This document shows, piece by piece, positions 34,837-42,803 of a DNA stretch of 64,000 bases; the stretch's first letter is position 1; each line of letters opens with the position of its first letter. A program made the translations under genes and the position numbers. The notes under the pieces are model-generated. The model was not told where the DNA came from, searched no databases, and saw only the letters and a list, made by a program, of their open reading frames with translations. Source of the stretch: a virus; the IMG/VR virus record IMGVR_UViG_3300046517_000355, positions 7,672 through 71,671 of that record; one strand, written 5' to 3'.

Positions 34837-36575
34837 AAATTAAATACCTTCAAAAAGCGGAATCGATCCGAGACGTGCGCGATCAGATCATGCAGTCGCG
34901 CGTCCTCGGCATCGACACCGAGACGACTGATCTCGATCCTCTCAAAGGCGAGCTTCGTCTCCTACAAGTATCACCTGATCCAGAGACATCGATCATCTTC
35001 GATCTCAAGAAGATCGATCCTCGCGAGACTGAGTTGGACTTCTTGCGCGACACATTCGAGTCTCCAAACTTCGTGAAGATGTTCCATAATGCGAAGTTCG
35101 ACCTCAAGTGGCTCAAGAAGCATTTCGGCGTCGGCATGACTGAGTGCGTCTTCGACAGTTACCTAGGCTCTCAATTGATCAACCCTGACGAAATAATGAT
35201 CAACCACAATTTGAAAGATGTGGCGGCGCGTTATGCATTCACTGATCTCACGAAAGGCTTCGGCAAGTCTGATTGGTCAGGAGACATCAGCGACGATCAA
35301 CTCAGATATGCCGCATTCGACTCGACGACACTGCATCCGATCAGAGAGAAGATGAACCAGCACTTCGACGCAGGTGATCTCAGGCGCGTCGCGCTGATCG
35401 AGTTCAATGCTGTCGATCAAGTCGCGGAGCTTGAGCTTGCAGGCTTCTATCTCGATGAAGCGATGTGGATGTCACGAGCGAACCAAGACGAAGTGGTCAA
35501 GGCTCAGCTTGCGGCAAAGCTCCATGAAGCGTTCGAGAAGGTGAGCGATCAGCAAAACTTTTTCGGCGGCTCGCAATTTAACCTCGACTCGACAGACGAC
35601 ATCCGCGATGCTCTGATCAAGCTCGGCGTTCCGCTCGACGCGAACGCGAGCACGCAGGCTTTCCGCATCGATCACCTGAAAGAGAAGCATCCGATCGTCG
35701 CAGACGTGATCGCCTATCGAGAAGCGGCGCAGGCTGTGAAGACCTACGGTCGTGCATATCCTGACTTCATCAGTCCGAAGACAAGGCGCGTCCACGCAGA
35801 CTTTCGACAGATCGGTGCTCCTACTGGACGCTTCTCGTGCGCAGAGCCGAACCTTCAGCAAATTCCTCACGAGGATGAATATCGTCATTGCTTCAAGGCA
35901 CAGGGCGACGGACGCAGGCTTATCATCGACGACTACTCACAGATAGAGCTTCGCATCATGACTCAATTCAGCCGTGATCCTAAGCTGATGCATGCCTATC
36001 TGAATGATGCCGATCTTCATGCTCAGACAGCGAAGGAGGTAGGAGTTGATCGTGATCTCGGAAAGCGCCTCAACTTCGGCACAGCCTTCGGCATTGCCGC
36101 CAAGCGCTTCTCTCTCGTGTCTGGACTCAAAGAGAAAGAGAGCGAGAAGGTGCTCAAGAAGTTCTGGGAGGTATATTCTGTGCTCGACTCGTATCAAAAA
36201 GAGAATGAGCGCATCGCTCGCGAAGATCGTGAGATGCGCTCGTGGAGCGGACGCACGCTCCGCATCGACTTCAATCTGCAAGATCGCTCAGCGATCGGCG
36301 CCATCGAACGACTAGGCAGGAACCTGCCGATTCAAGGAACGTGCTCAGACATCCTGAAGCGCTTTCTCTACCTGTGGAATAGAAAGCGCCGCGAGTTCAA
36401 TAACGCAGACTTGGTCAACATCGTCCACGATGAAGTGATCACGGAGTGCGACGCTGATCAGGCTGAGGAAGTTATCAAAGCGCAAGAGCAGTGCATGATC
36501 GACGCAGGGAACGAAGTGCTGACCGTCATCCCTTGCAAGGTCGAAGGAAAGATCAGCACGAAATGGGAGAAATAA
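34833..36575 (+). CDS. polA: Family A DNA polymerase with 3'-5' exonuclease
   Basis: IDTET, HNAKFD, YAAFD; TGRFS..PNLQQIP, DYSQIELR, KRLNFG, VHDE. Confidence 0.95.
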   Translation: MKIKYLQKAESIRDVRDQIMQSRVLGIDTETTDLDPLKGELRLLQVSPDPETSIIFDLKKIDPRETELDFLRDTFESPNFVKMFHNAKFDLKWLKKHFGVGMTECVFDSYLGSQLINPDEIMINHNLKDVAARYAFTDLTKGFGKSDWSGDISDDQLRYAAFDSTTLHPIREKMNQHFDAGDLRRVALIEFNAVDQVAELELAGFYLDEAMWMSRANQDEVVKAQLAAKLHEAFEKVSDQQNFFGGSQFNLDSTDDIRDALIKLGVPLDANASTQAFRIDHLKEKHPIVADVIAYREAAQAVKTYGRAYPDFISPKTRRVHADFRQIGAPTGRFSCAEPNLQQIPHEDEYRHCFKAQGDGRRLIIDDYSQIELRIMTQFSRDPKLMHAYLNDADLHAQTAKEVGVDRDLGKRLNFGTAFGIAAKRFSLVSGLKEKESEKVLKKFWEVYSVLDSYQKENERIAREDREMRSWSGRTLRIDFNLQDRSAIGAIERLGRNLPIQGTCSDILKRFLYLWNRKRREFNNADLVNIVHDEVITECDADQAEEVIKAQEQCMIDAGNEVLTVIPCKVEGKISTKWEK

Positions 36576-36576
36576 A

Positions 36577-36879
36577 ATGTTTGTTCAAATGCGATGCAAG
36601 GAGTGCCACGTGAAGCTCACTGTCGAAGTGCCGCCACGACACAAGATGACGACGCTTGAATATTGGATGATGCAGATCGTGTCGCCGCGCATGTACCTGA
36701 AGCACCGCGAGCACTCGCCGTTTTGTAATGCTGTCCAATTCGATCTCGCGATACAGGTCGAGAAGGAGGCTCTCTCAGGAGAGTCAGGACTGATCGGAGA
36801 GGAGCCTACGAATCCAGACCCGTCGGTCGACATCTTCGAGAAGTTCGACAAGAAAAAGGAGAATGAAGATGAAGCCTGA
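36577..36879 (+). CDS. Zn-binding hypothetical protein
   Basis: CKEC...H..HSPFC. Confidence 0.65.
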   Translation: MFVQMRCKECHVKLTVEVPPRHKMTTLEYWMMQIVSPRMYLKHREHSPFCNAVQFDLAIQVEKEALSGESGLIGEEPTNPDPSVDIFEKFDKKKENEDEA

Positions 36880-37072
36880 TCCACTGAAGCCTGACTCACT
36901 CTTGCTGATGAAGCTCGGCTCTGCGCTCGTGCATGCCGAGGAGTTTCTATCAGACAATGGACATCCTGTGGACAAAGTCGCCTTTGACACGATCATGATG
37001 AAGGAGCCGACAGTCAGAGCATGGCTCGATCAGATGACGGAACTTGCCTTGGTGCCTGTAAAACGAAGTTAA
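36863..37072 (+). CDS. Hypothetical protein
   Basis: KLGSALVHAEE...PVKR; SD AAGGAG. Confidence 0.65.
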   Translation: MKMKPDPLKPDSLLLMKLGSALVHAEEFLSDNGHPVDKVAFDTIMMKEPTVRAWLDQMTELALVPVKRS

Positions 37073-37102
37073 AATATATTCCACCTCCAGCCTACTTTTC
37101 TC

Positions 37103-37158
37103 TTGACATGCTTTGCAACTCGTGTTAAATTTAGAGCAGTCAGCAAGTCTGACCACGA
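37103..37158 (+). promoter_or_regulatory. Early-type promoter plus pentaloop hairpin (copy 8)
   Basis: TTGACA-tgctt-TGCAA, TTAAAT/TAAATT; GTCAG-CAAGT-CTGAC-CACGA. Confidence 0.8.
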
Positions 37159-37186
37159 AAAACAAACACTAAGGAGAATAAAAACA

Positions 37187-38257
37187 ATGCCTAGAATCGC
37201 AACCGCAGACCAAGGAATCAACGCAACCGCCATCAACATCATGAACGGCGGCAACAAACAATATGCATCAATTTACGCACTAGGAACGAAGATCGACGCT
37301 GACAACATGAAAGATGCTGTCAAGCAGTCGAAGATCGATTGGACAGTTTCGAAAGTTCAACACGTCTCGCCGTTCGACGGTAACCCAGTTCCCAGCTGGG
37401 GCGTCTATCGCGACGACTCGAAACAATTTCTTGGGCAAGTTGGCTCAGACTGGACCGCAGTTCAAACCCTCGACCAGTTCTCATTCGTTGACGATCTCAT
37501 TCAGCACATCCCGGGCGCTCGCTACACAGCCGCAGGCACGACAGAGAACAACCAGAAAGTTTTCGTATGTGCCAACATTGGCGACTTCGAAGTTGGCGCA
37601 GAAGGCGACAAGCATACTGCTTATTTAGTCGTCTCCGATTGGAAGAATTCGCGAGGCTCGTGCCGTGCTCAGCTTTCAGTCATCCGCGAGATTTGCGGCA
37701 ACGGAATGAGCGTCATGATCGACAACAAAGTGATGACGTTCAAGCATACGAAGTATGTGAAAGAGAGAATGGACAGCGTGTCGCAGTCAGTGAACAACAT
37801 CACCGACGCTTATCTCTCGCTCAAGTCGAAGCTCGACACTATCGCGACTCGCACGATCACGAGCAAGGACACAGTGATCGCGATCTTCGACAAGCTGTTC
37901 CCTGAGACTGAAGCGGAAAAGAATGGCCGCGCCAACAACCGCCGCGCCGAGACGCAAGCTTTCGTCGCTGACCTGCTCGCGAAGAATGACGACAATGCGT
38001 TCCCATCAGAAGCAAAGACGCCTCTCGCAGTGTTCAACTCCTACACGAATTTCATCGATCACTACATGCCGATGAAGCAAAGCCGTACGGGCATCAAAGA
38101 GGAGCTTCGACGTGCTGACTCTGCTCTGTTCGGGAACGGTGCTGAATTGAAAAATCGTGCTCTTGAGATCATCCTCGAAGAAACTCGCGACCTGCCTTCG
38201 ATCACGAAGGGAGCGAGCTTGCTCGACGCAGTTCTCACGAACGCATCACGCAACTAG
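37187..38257 (+). CDS. DUF932-family protein
   Basis: IDWTV, LGQVG..W..VQ, IREICGNGM, FKHT, NSYTNFIDH, ALFGNG. Confidence 0.85.
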   Translation: MPRIATADQGINATAINIMNGGNKQYASIYALGTKIDADNMKDAVKQSKIDWTVSKVQHVSPFDGNPVPSWGVYRDDSKQFLGQVGSDWTAVQTLDQFSFVDDLIQHIPGARYTAAGTTENNQKVFVCANIGDFEVGAEGDKHTAYLVVSDWKNSRGSCRAQLSVIREICGNGMSVMIDNKVMTFKHTKYVKERMDSVSQSVNNITDAYLSLKSKLDTIATRTITSKDTVIAIFDKLFPETEAEKNGRANNRRAETQAFVADLLAKNDDNAFPSEAKTPLAVFNSYTNFIDHYMPMKQSRTGIKEELRRADSALFGNGAELKNRALEIILEETRDLPSITKGASLLDAVLTNASRN

Positions 38258-38282
38258 ACAGCCTTGATCATCTAAACTTTGC

Positions 38283-38309
38283 GGGAGCCTTCGGGCTCCC
38301 TTTTCTTTC
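38283..38309 (+). terminator. Intrinsic terminator
   Basis: GGGAGCC-TTCG-GGCTCCC-TTTTCTTT. Confidence 0.85.
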
Positions 38310-38335
38310 AACTTACAATAAGGAGATACAAAACT

Positions 38336-38578
38336 ATGGCAGACGTAATGCTTCAACAAAGATGGCACTTAACCCTTTCACAGCACGAGCTTCGGCTGGT
38401 CAGTCGAGCGCTCAGACTCAGACTCGACGAAGACAACCCTGAGGAGATCGCCGCGGCAAAAGCGCTTTGCGATCAGATCGTCCTCGGCAAGTCTCAGACA
38501 GTCGATCAGATCAAACACGAGCTTGATAAGCACAAGTCGAATGTCGAGGCGTCGCAAGGAGGTACCGATGCCACTTGA
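38336..38578 (+). CDS. Hypothetical protein
   Basis: SD AAGGAG. Confidence 0.65.
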   Translation: MADVMLQQRWHLTLSQHELRLVSRALRLRLDEDNPEEIAAAKALCDQIVLGKSQTVDQIKHELDKHKSNVEASQGGTDAT

Positions 38579-38999
38579 GCGTAAATGCGGAACGTGCACC
38601 GCGTGTTGCACGTATATGGAGATCGCAGAGATCGACAAGAAAGCAGGGACGCCTTGTCCGAACCTCTGTGCGGCAGGCTGTGGAGTGTATGAGACGAAGC
38701 CCGCGGAATGTTCGAGCTTCAAGTGCATGTGGCTCCACGAGAAGCTCCACTTCAGATTTAAGCCTGACGCGATTGGACTGCTTTTCTTCTATCACATCGC
38801 GAAATTCGGACCCTGTGTGATCTGTATCGAGATGCGAGAAGGAGCCGCAGAGCAAGGCGACGGCGAGGCGGCGATGACTCAAGTCATGAAAGAGCACACA
38901 GTCATCCTGTGCCGATTCGATGGGAAGCGAACGATCAGGACGAACAATCACCAGCATCTTGCGCAGATCGAGCGCATCACGAGGAGGATCAATGCTTAA
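38568..38999 (+). CDS. YkgJ-like Cys-cluster (Zn/Fe-S) protein
   Basis: CGTCTACC...CPNL...CGVYETKP.EC..F.C.W. Confidence 0.8.
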   Translation: MPLERKCGTCTACCTYMEIAEIDKKAGTPCPNLCAAGCGVYETKPAECSSFKCMWLHEKLHFRFKPDAIGLLFFYHIAKFGPCVICIEMREGAAEQGDGEAAMTQVMKEHTVILCRFDGKRTIRTNNHQHLAQIERITRRINA

Positions 39000-39297
39000 C
39001 CGCACCACTTATCTTTTCGTTTGTGTGATCGAAGAATGTGCTGAAGTCATCCAGCGAGCGTGCAAGATCATCAGATTCGGCTCGCTGGAGGTCGAGCCTG
39101 GGCATAAGGTAGACAATCTTGCGCGATTCAGCGTCGAGTGGAATGACCTGATCACGGTCGTCCGTCTGCTCAAAGAGAGAAAGGTCGATGTTTTCGAAGA
39201 TGGTTTTCTGCAAGAGATGAAGCGCGAGAAAGTGAAGAAGTACATGAATTATTCCGCAGAGCTTGAGATCGTCGAGCCTGAGGAGGTGACAAAGTGA
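38992..39297 (+). CDS. MazG-like NTP pyrophosphohydrolase
   Basis: EECAEVIQ..CK..RFG...EWND. Confidence 0.7.
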   Translation: MLNRTTYLFVCVIEECAEVIQRACKIIRFGSLEVEPGHKVDNLARFSVEWNDLITVVRLLKERKVDVFEDGFLQEMKREKVKKYMNYSAELEIVEPEEVTK

Positions 39298-39509
39298 CAC
39301 GACACATCTGGGAGACGCAGTTTTTGAACGACGACCCTGAGGACTTTCGCTGTGTGATGATCTGCTCGCTGTGCAGGCTGACTGAGAACGAAGTGGACAT
39401 CGACTCAGCTTGCAAGGCAGGAAAAGCTGAAGGGGCTGAAGATCAGCCCCGACAGAAGGATCCTCGCGCGAGGGAACCAACACCTAACCGACACGAGGAT
39501 CCAACCTAA
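39294..39509 (+). CDS. Hypothetical protein
   Basis: GTGA overlap; H.W...CSLC...C. Confidence 0.5.
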   Translation: MTRHIWETQFLNDDPEDFRCVMICSLCRLTENEVDIDSACKAGKAEGAEDQPRQKDPRAREPTPNRHEDPT

Positions 39510-39514
39510 GATCG

Positions 39515-39967
39515 TCAGAGATGACTACCTAAGAGGATGCCGCCGGCGAGAGTGACGGCGGTTTTCAGCGCGTCGAGAAACTTATCCCAACTAGACTTCG
39601 GCTTATTGAGGCGAGCAGTGAGATCGAGAAGTATTTTTTGTTGCATCTCGACGACCTCCTTGAACATCGTCTTGATGTCTTTGAGATCAGTTATCATACC
39701 TTCTTGGACAGCGATCAGCTTGTCATAGGCGGCATATACTGCTTGAACTGTCGCACGCTCTTTGTCCGTCATCACACGTTCATTGGCAGCCTTCATCAGA
39801 GCATCCTTCGCCGCGATCAATTGCTGAGCGACAGACGCACAAGCATCGATATCCTTCTGCGGTACGAGTTGCCAGCCCGGGGGCACATTGATCTGTGGCG
39901 GTGTTGGTTGTGGCGTCTGCGCGAGTGCGCCGAGAGCCAGCATCAAGATCACGAAAATAGTCTTCAT
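39515..39967 (-). CDS. Spanin-like exported coiled-coil protein
   Basis: Signal peptide, coiled coil, hydrophobic C-terminus; last gene of the late operon. Confidence 0.55.
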   Translation of the reverse strand: MKTIFVILMLALGALAQTPQPTPPQINVPPGWQLVPQKDIDACASVAQQLIAAKDALMKAANERVMTDKERATVQAVYAAYDKLIAVQEGMITDLKDIKTMFKEVVEMQQKILLDLTARLNKPKSSWDKFLDALKTAVTLAGGILLGSHL

Positions 39968-40368
39968 TGGTTCTCTCCTTGAGCTTTTCTCAGAATTTCT
40001 TCCAAGTCCTTTACGGCGACATTTGTCTGAGCATCATCCTTCGCCTTCTGTATATTCGCGACTGCGCGATCTGTCTCAGCACGCGCCGCATTGGTTGCAT
40101 TGGTTGCATCGAGACTGTCCTTGACTGCCTCCTTGAGTTGTTCTGCCGCGACTGCCTTATTGACCTCATCATTGGCGATCTTAGTTTCTTGATTCGCGAT
40201 CTGTTTGAGCTTGGCATTGACATTCTCCGCCGCGGCTTGCTGTCGTGACTTGAAGCGACACGATTCTGCTTTTGTCAGAACATACCAAAGCAGAATGAGA
40301 CCTGCTATGCATGCGATCACGATCCACGTGATGCGGTGCGTGAAGATCGATTTAACAGTTTCCCACAT
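39964..40368 (-). CDS. i-spanin-like protein
   Basis: N-terminal TM plus Ala-rich coiled coil. Confidence 0.6.
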   Translation of the reverse strand: MWETVKSIFTHRITWIVIACIAGLILLWYVLTKAESCRFKSRQQAAAENVNAKLKQIANQETKIANDEVNKAVAAEQLKEAVKDSLDATNATNAARAETDRAVANIQKAKDDAQTNVAVKDLEEILRKAQGENQ

Positions 40369-40375
40369 AAATCTC

Positions 40376-40543
40376 CTACTTAAAAGTGAGGTAGAGGTAG
40401 ACGATCATGCCGGCTAAGAATGCCCAGCCGGAAAGATCATGGATCGATGCTCGAATAAAATCCCAGCGCCCTGCGTTCGGCGGCGGCGGTGCTGAGAACG
40501 TGAACACGAGAGCGAAGATCACAACTAAAATCAAAAGCGTCAT
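40376..40543 (-). CDS. Small 2-TM protein, holin candidate (55 aa)
   Basis: MTLLILVVIFALVFTFS...WAFLAGMIVYLYLTFK; SD AGGAGG; read manually. Confidence 0.55.
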   Translation of the reverse strand: MTLLILVVIFALVFTFSAPPPPNAGRWDFIRASIHDLSGWAFLAGMIVYLYLTFK

Positions 40544-40551
40544 AGTTCCTC

Positions 40552-41844
40552 CTATAAGGTTAGTCCGTATTCTGAGAGAGCGTAGCCGACCAGCGTCGTC
40601 AGATCAGCACCGGCGATGCCTCCATTGAAGAAGTCGAATTCCTTAAAATCGACTTGTCCAAAGACCGTGTTCGACGTGTCCTTTCCTATGACGATCGGCA
40701 CTGTGTTGAGAGCAGTCGCCGGAACCGTCGCGGTGTGCGACACGCCATTGAAGCGGATCGTCTTCGTCGTTCCTATTCGCTGAATGAGAAAGGCGATCCA
40801 CGTGCCGAGAGTGTAGGTGTAAAAGTCTCCATAAGGAGCAGAGCTTTGGACGATGCCGCCGCCAAGATTTCCTGCACTCAGCGCATCAGTGCCTATCCAG
40901 AAGCCGTCAGTAAATTGCTTATCCAAGACTCGCGTCGCGGCCTCAGTCGTGTTGAAAAGACGAAAGACGCCGAACACTGCGAAGTCGCCGAAAGCATTAT
41001 TGATGCCTGTCGAGAGAAAATCATCAACTCCGTCGAGCGAGATATAAGGATCGACGCCGTTCGCTTTATAGATTGGACGTGCGGTGCCTGCGGCTGTCGC
41101 ATCATGACTTCCGATCGTATCGACAAGCAGTCCGACAGGATCGTTATCATGAAAGCCTTGCTGGAGCTTTGCCTTATACTGCGTCATGTTCGAGCCGATA
41201 TTCAGCGAGAAGTCGTCGTAGGTCTCTGGGATCGAGATCGTCGGCATCTTGTATTGTTTGATGATGCAGTTCAACTCGAAATTGTTCCCGCCGTTCGTCT
41301 TCACTTTGACAGAACTGTCGAAGCGCACCAGCTGAGTCATCTCAAGTTCAGGATCGATAAAATAGAATTCAAGATCGATGTCGTGAAAGAATTCAAACTC
41401 CTTGACGACGCTCACATCCATGATCGAGCGGTTAAGAAAAGAGAGCGGCCAGCTTCCAGAATGCGGCATGCGCCTAAAATATGGCGTATTGTCTTTCGCC
41501 TGCACGACTTTCGATCCGACAGGCGTGTCCATTTCTGTTCCAGCCTGCGGTTGAATTGGGAAGGTGCCGACGACGCTCAGAGTGTGCTCGACAAAGCCGA
41601 GCGTGTCCGTCGCTCTGATCGTGACTGTCTGCGAGCGATTCGCAGGAATGTACTCGAAGACAGATCCGCTGATCACGTTAAACGTGCCGCCTGCTCCGTT
41701 GTCGCTCATGATCACCGCACCTGTCGCACCTGCAATCGTCACCTGCGGAGGCGCAAGCTCTGGCGCGATGTGCGACGGCTCGATGCTTGCGAACTTCGAG
41801 CCTGAGCGGTAGACAAGTTTCGACAGCGTGAAACTAATTGCCAT
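40552..41844 (-). CDS. Minor tail protein (Dit/gpM-like segment) fused to a ConA/LamG-like lectin domain
   Basis: WPLSF...EF..FH...FYFIDP...VRFD; C-terminal DGVDDFL...GTW...NG...IG...YGL. Confidence 0.55.
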   Translation of the reverse strand: MAISFTLSKLVYRSGSKFASIEPSHIAPELAPPQVTIAGATGAVIMSDNGAGGTFNVISGSVFEYIPANRSQTVTIRATDTLGFVEHTLSVVGTFPIQPQAGTEMDTPVGSKVVQAKDNTPYFRRMPHSGSWPLSFLNRSIMDVSVVKEFEFFHDIDLEFYFIDPELEMTQLVRFDSSVKVKTNGGNNFELNCIIKQYKMPTISIPETYDDFSLNIGSNMTQYKAKLQQGFHDNDPVGLLVDTIGSHDATAAGTARPIYKANGVDPYISLDGVDDFLSTGINNAFGDFAVFGVFRLFNTTEAATRVLDKQFTDGFWIGTDALSAGNLGGGIVQSSAPYGDFYTYTLGTWIAFLIQRIGTTKTIRFNGVSHTATVPATALNTVPIVIGKDTSNTVFGQVDFKEFDFFNGGIAGADLTTLVGYALSEYGLTL

Positions 41845-42310
41845 TTGCTTTCGTCTCCTCTGGTGTTAGTTCCTGCGTCATCTCCTCAAGCAGGAAGCGC
41901 TTCACTGCTCTGATCAGCGTAACAGGTTCGTAAGGCTTTCGGAAGATCATCTTCACGCCAAGCTCCTCTTTCGCCATCATGATCGGATCGAATTGATTCC
42001 TGGGATCAAAGTCGAACCCAGTGAACCAAAACACCTCAATGCGTCGCTCTTTGCCCCACAGGTTTTCGTTTTGCCTGACCAATCTCGTGAGCGTGATGCC
42101 GTCCATAACAGGCATCGAGAGATCGCAGATCACTGCATCGACGTTATATTTCAGATCATTGAGAAATTCGAGGGCGCTAGGGCCGCCTTTCTTGATAGCG
42201 ATCACTGTGTCCTCGATCTCTGCCACAAGCTCATAGATCGGAACCATGTCAAGATCATCATCGACGATCATGATGCGCCGTTTCGTTTCGCTCATTACCA
42301 TTATCCCCAT
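41834..42310 (-). CDS. Single-domain response regulator (CheY-like receiver)
   Basis: IMIVDDD, ICDLSMPVMDG, FTG, FRKP. Confidence 0.9.
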   Translation of the reverse strand: MGIMVMSETKRRIMIVDDDLDMVPIYELVAEIEDTVIAIKKGGPSALEFLNDLKYNVDAVICDLSMPVMDGITLTRLVRQNENLWGKERRIEVFWFTGFDFDPRNQFDPIMMAKEELGVKMIFRKPYEPVTLIRAVKRFLLEEMTQELTPEETKANGN

Positions 42311-42792
42311 TATCCGTCAAGGTTAAAGAGATCGTCTTCGTGTCCGTCCCATTTACCTGCAAGCCGTTGCTGTTTGAGTATCGCTTTTGCCTGCAAATTC
42401 TGTGTTACCACAGCGCCGTTCGAGACGGTGAGTCCTTTTATCTGAAACCGCAACTCCTTGACCGTGATCTCTTGGTCCGTTTTGTAGTCAGAAAGCTCGG
42501 TTTTCAAATCGTCGAGACGCATTTCCTTTGCCTCTAAGACTCTTGTAAGGTCGGCATTCGCCTCAATGATCTTTTCATATTTCTTTCGTGAGAAAAAACT
42601 CCACACGATATTGACAATGATCGTCAGTACCGCCATACCTGAGATGATCCACGTGAAGACCAGCAAGACGCCGGACCTCTCAGGATCCTGAGAGGTCTGT
42701 GCGACTGCAACCGTGTAGAAGATGCCGATCAAGATGATGATGATCGACGACGGAATGAAGCTGAGCTTCCTCTTTCGAATTATCCCAAACAT
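42310..42792 (-). CDS. Membrane protein with coiled coil (holin/antiholin-like)
   Basis: Two hydrophobic segments then a coiled coil; TAATG-coupled to the receiver gene. Confidence 0.65.
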   Translation of the reverse strand: MFGIIRKRKLSFIPSSIIIILIGIFYTVAVAQTSQDPERSGVLLVFTWIISGMAVLTIIVNIVWSFFSRKKYEKIIEANADLTRVLEAKEMRLDDLKTELSDYKTDQEITVKELRFQIKGLTVSNGAVVTQNLQAKAILKQQRLAGKWDGHEDDLFNLDG

Positions 42793-42803
42793 CGTTTGCT
42801 CCT

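Noticed and set aside
2823-37153. Pentaloop hairpins as N4-type virion RNA polymerase promoters or CsrA sites
   Set aside because: No phage RNA polymerase is present, the hairpins lie downstream of sigma70 -10 boxes, and the loops are 5 nt and lack GGA
34833-39297. PolA plus MazG-like gene as a dZ (2-aminoadenine) or 7-deazaguanine system
   Set aside because: No PurZ, DatZ, DpdA or Que-type genes are visible in the window
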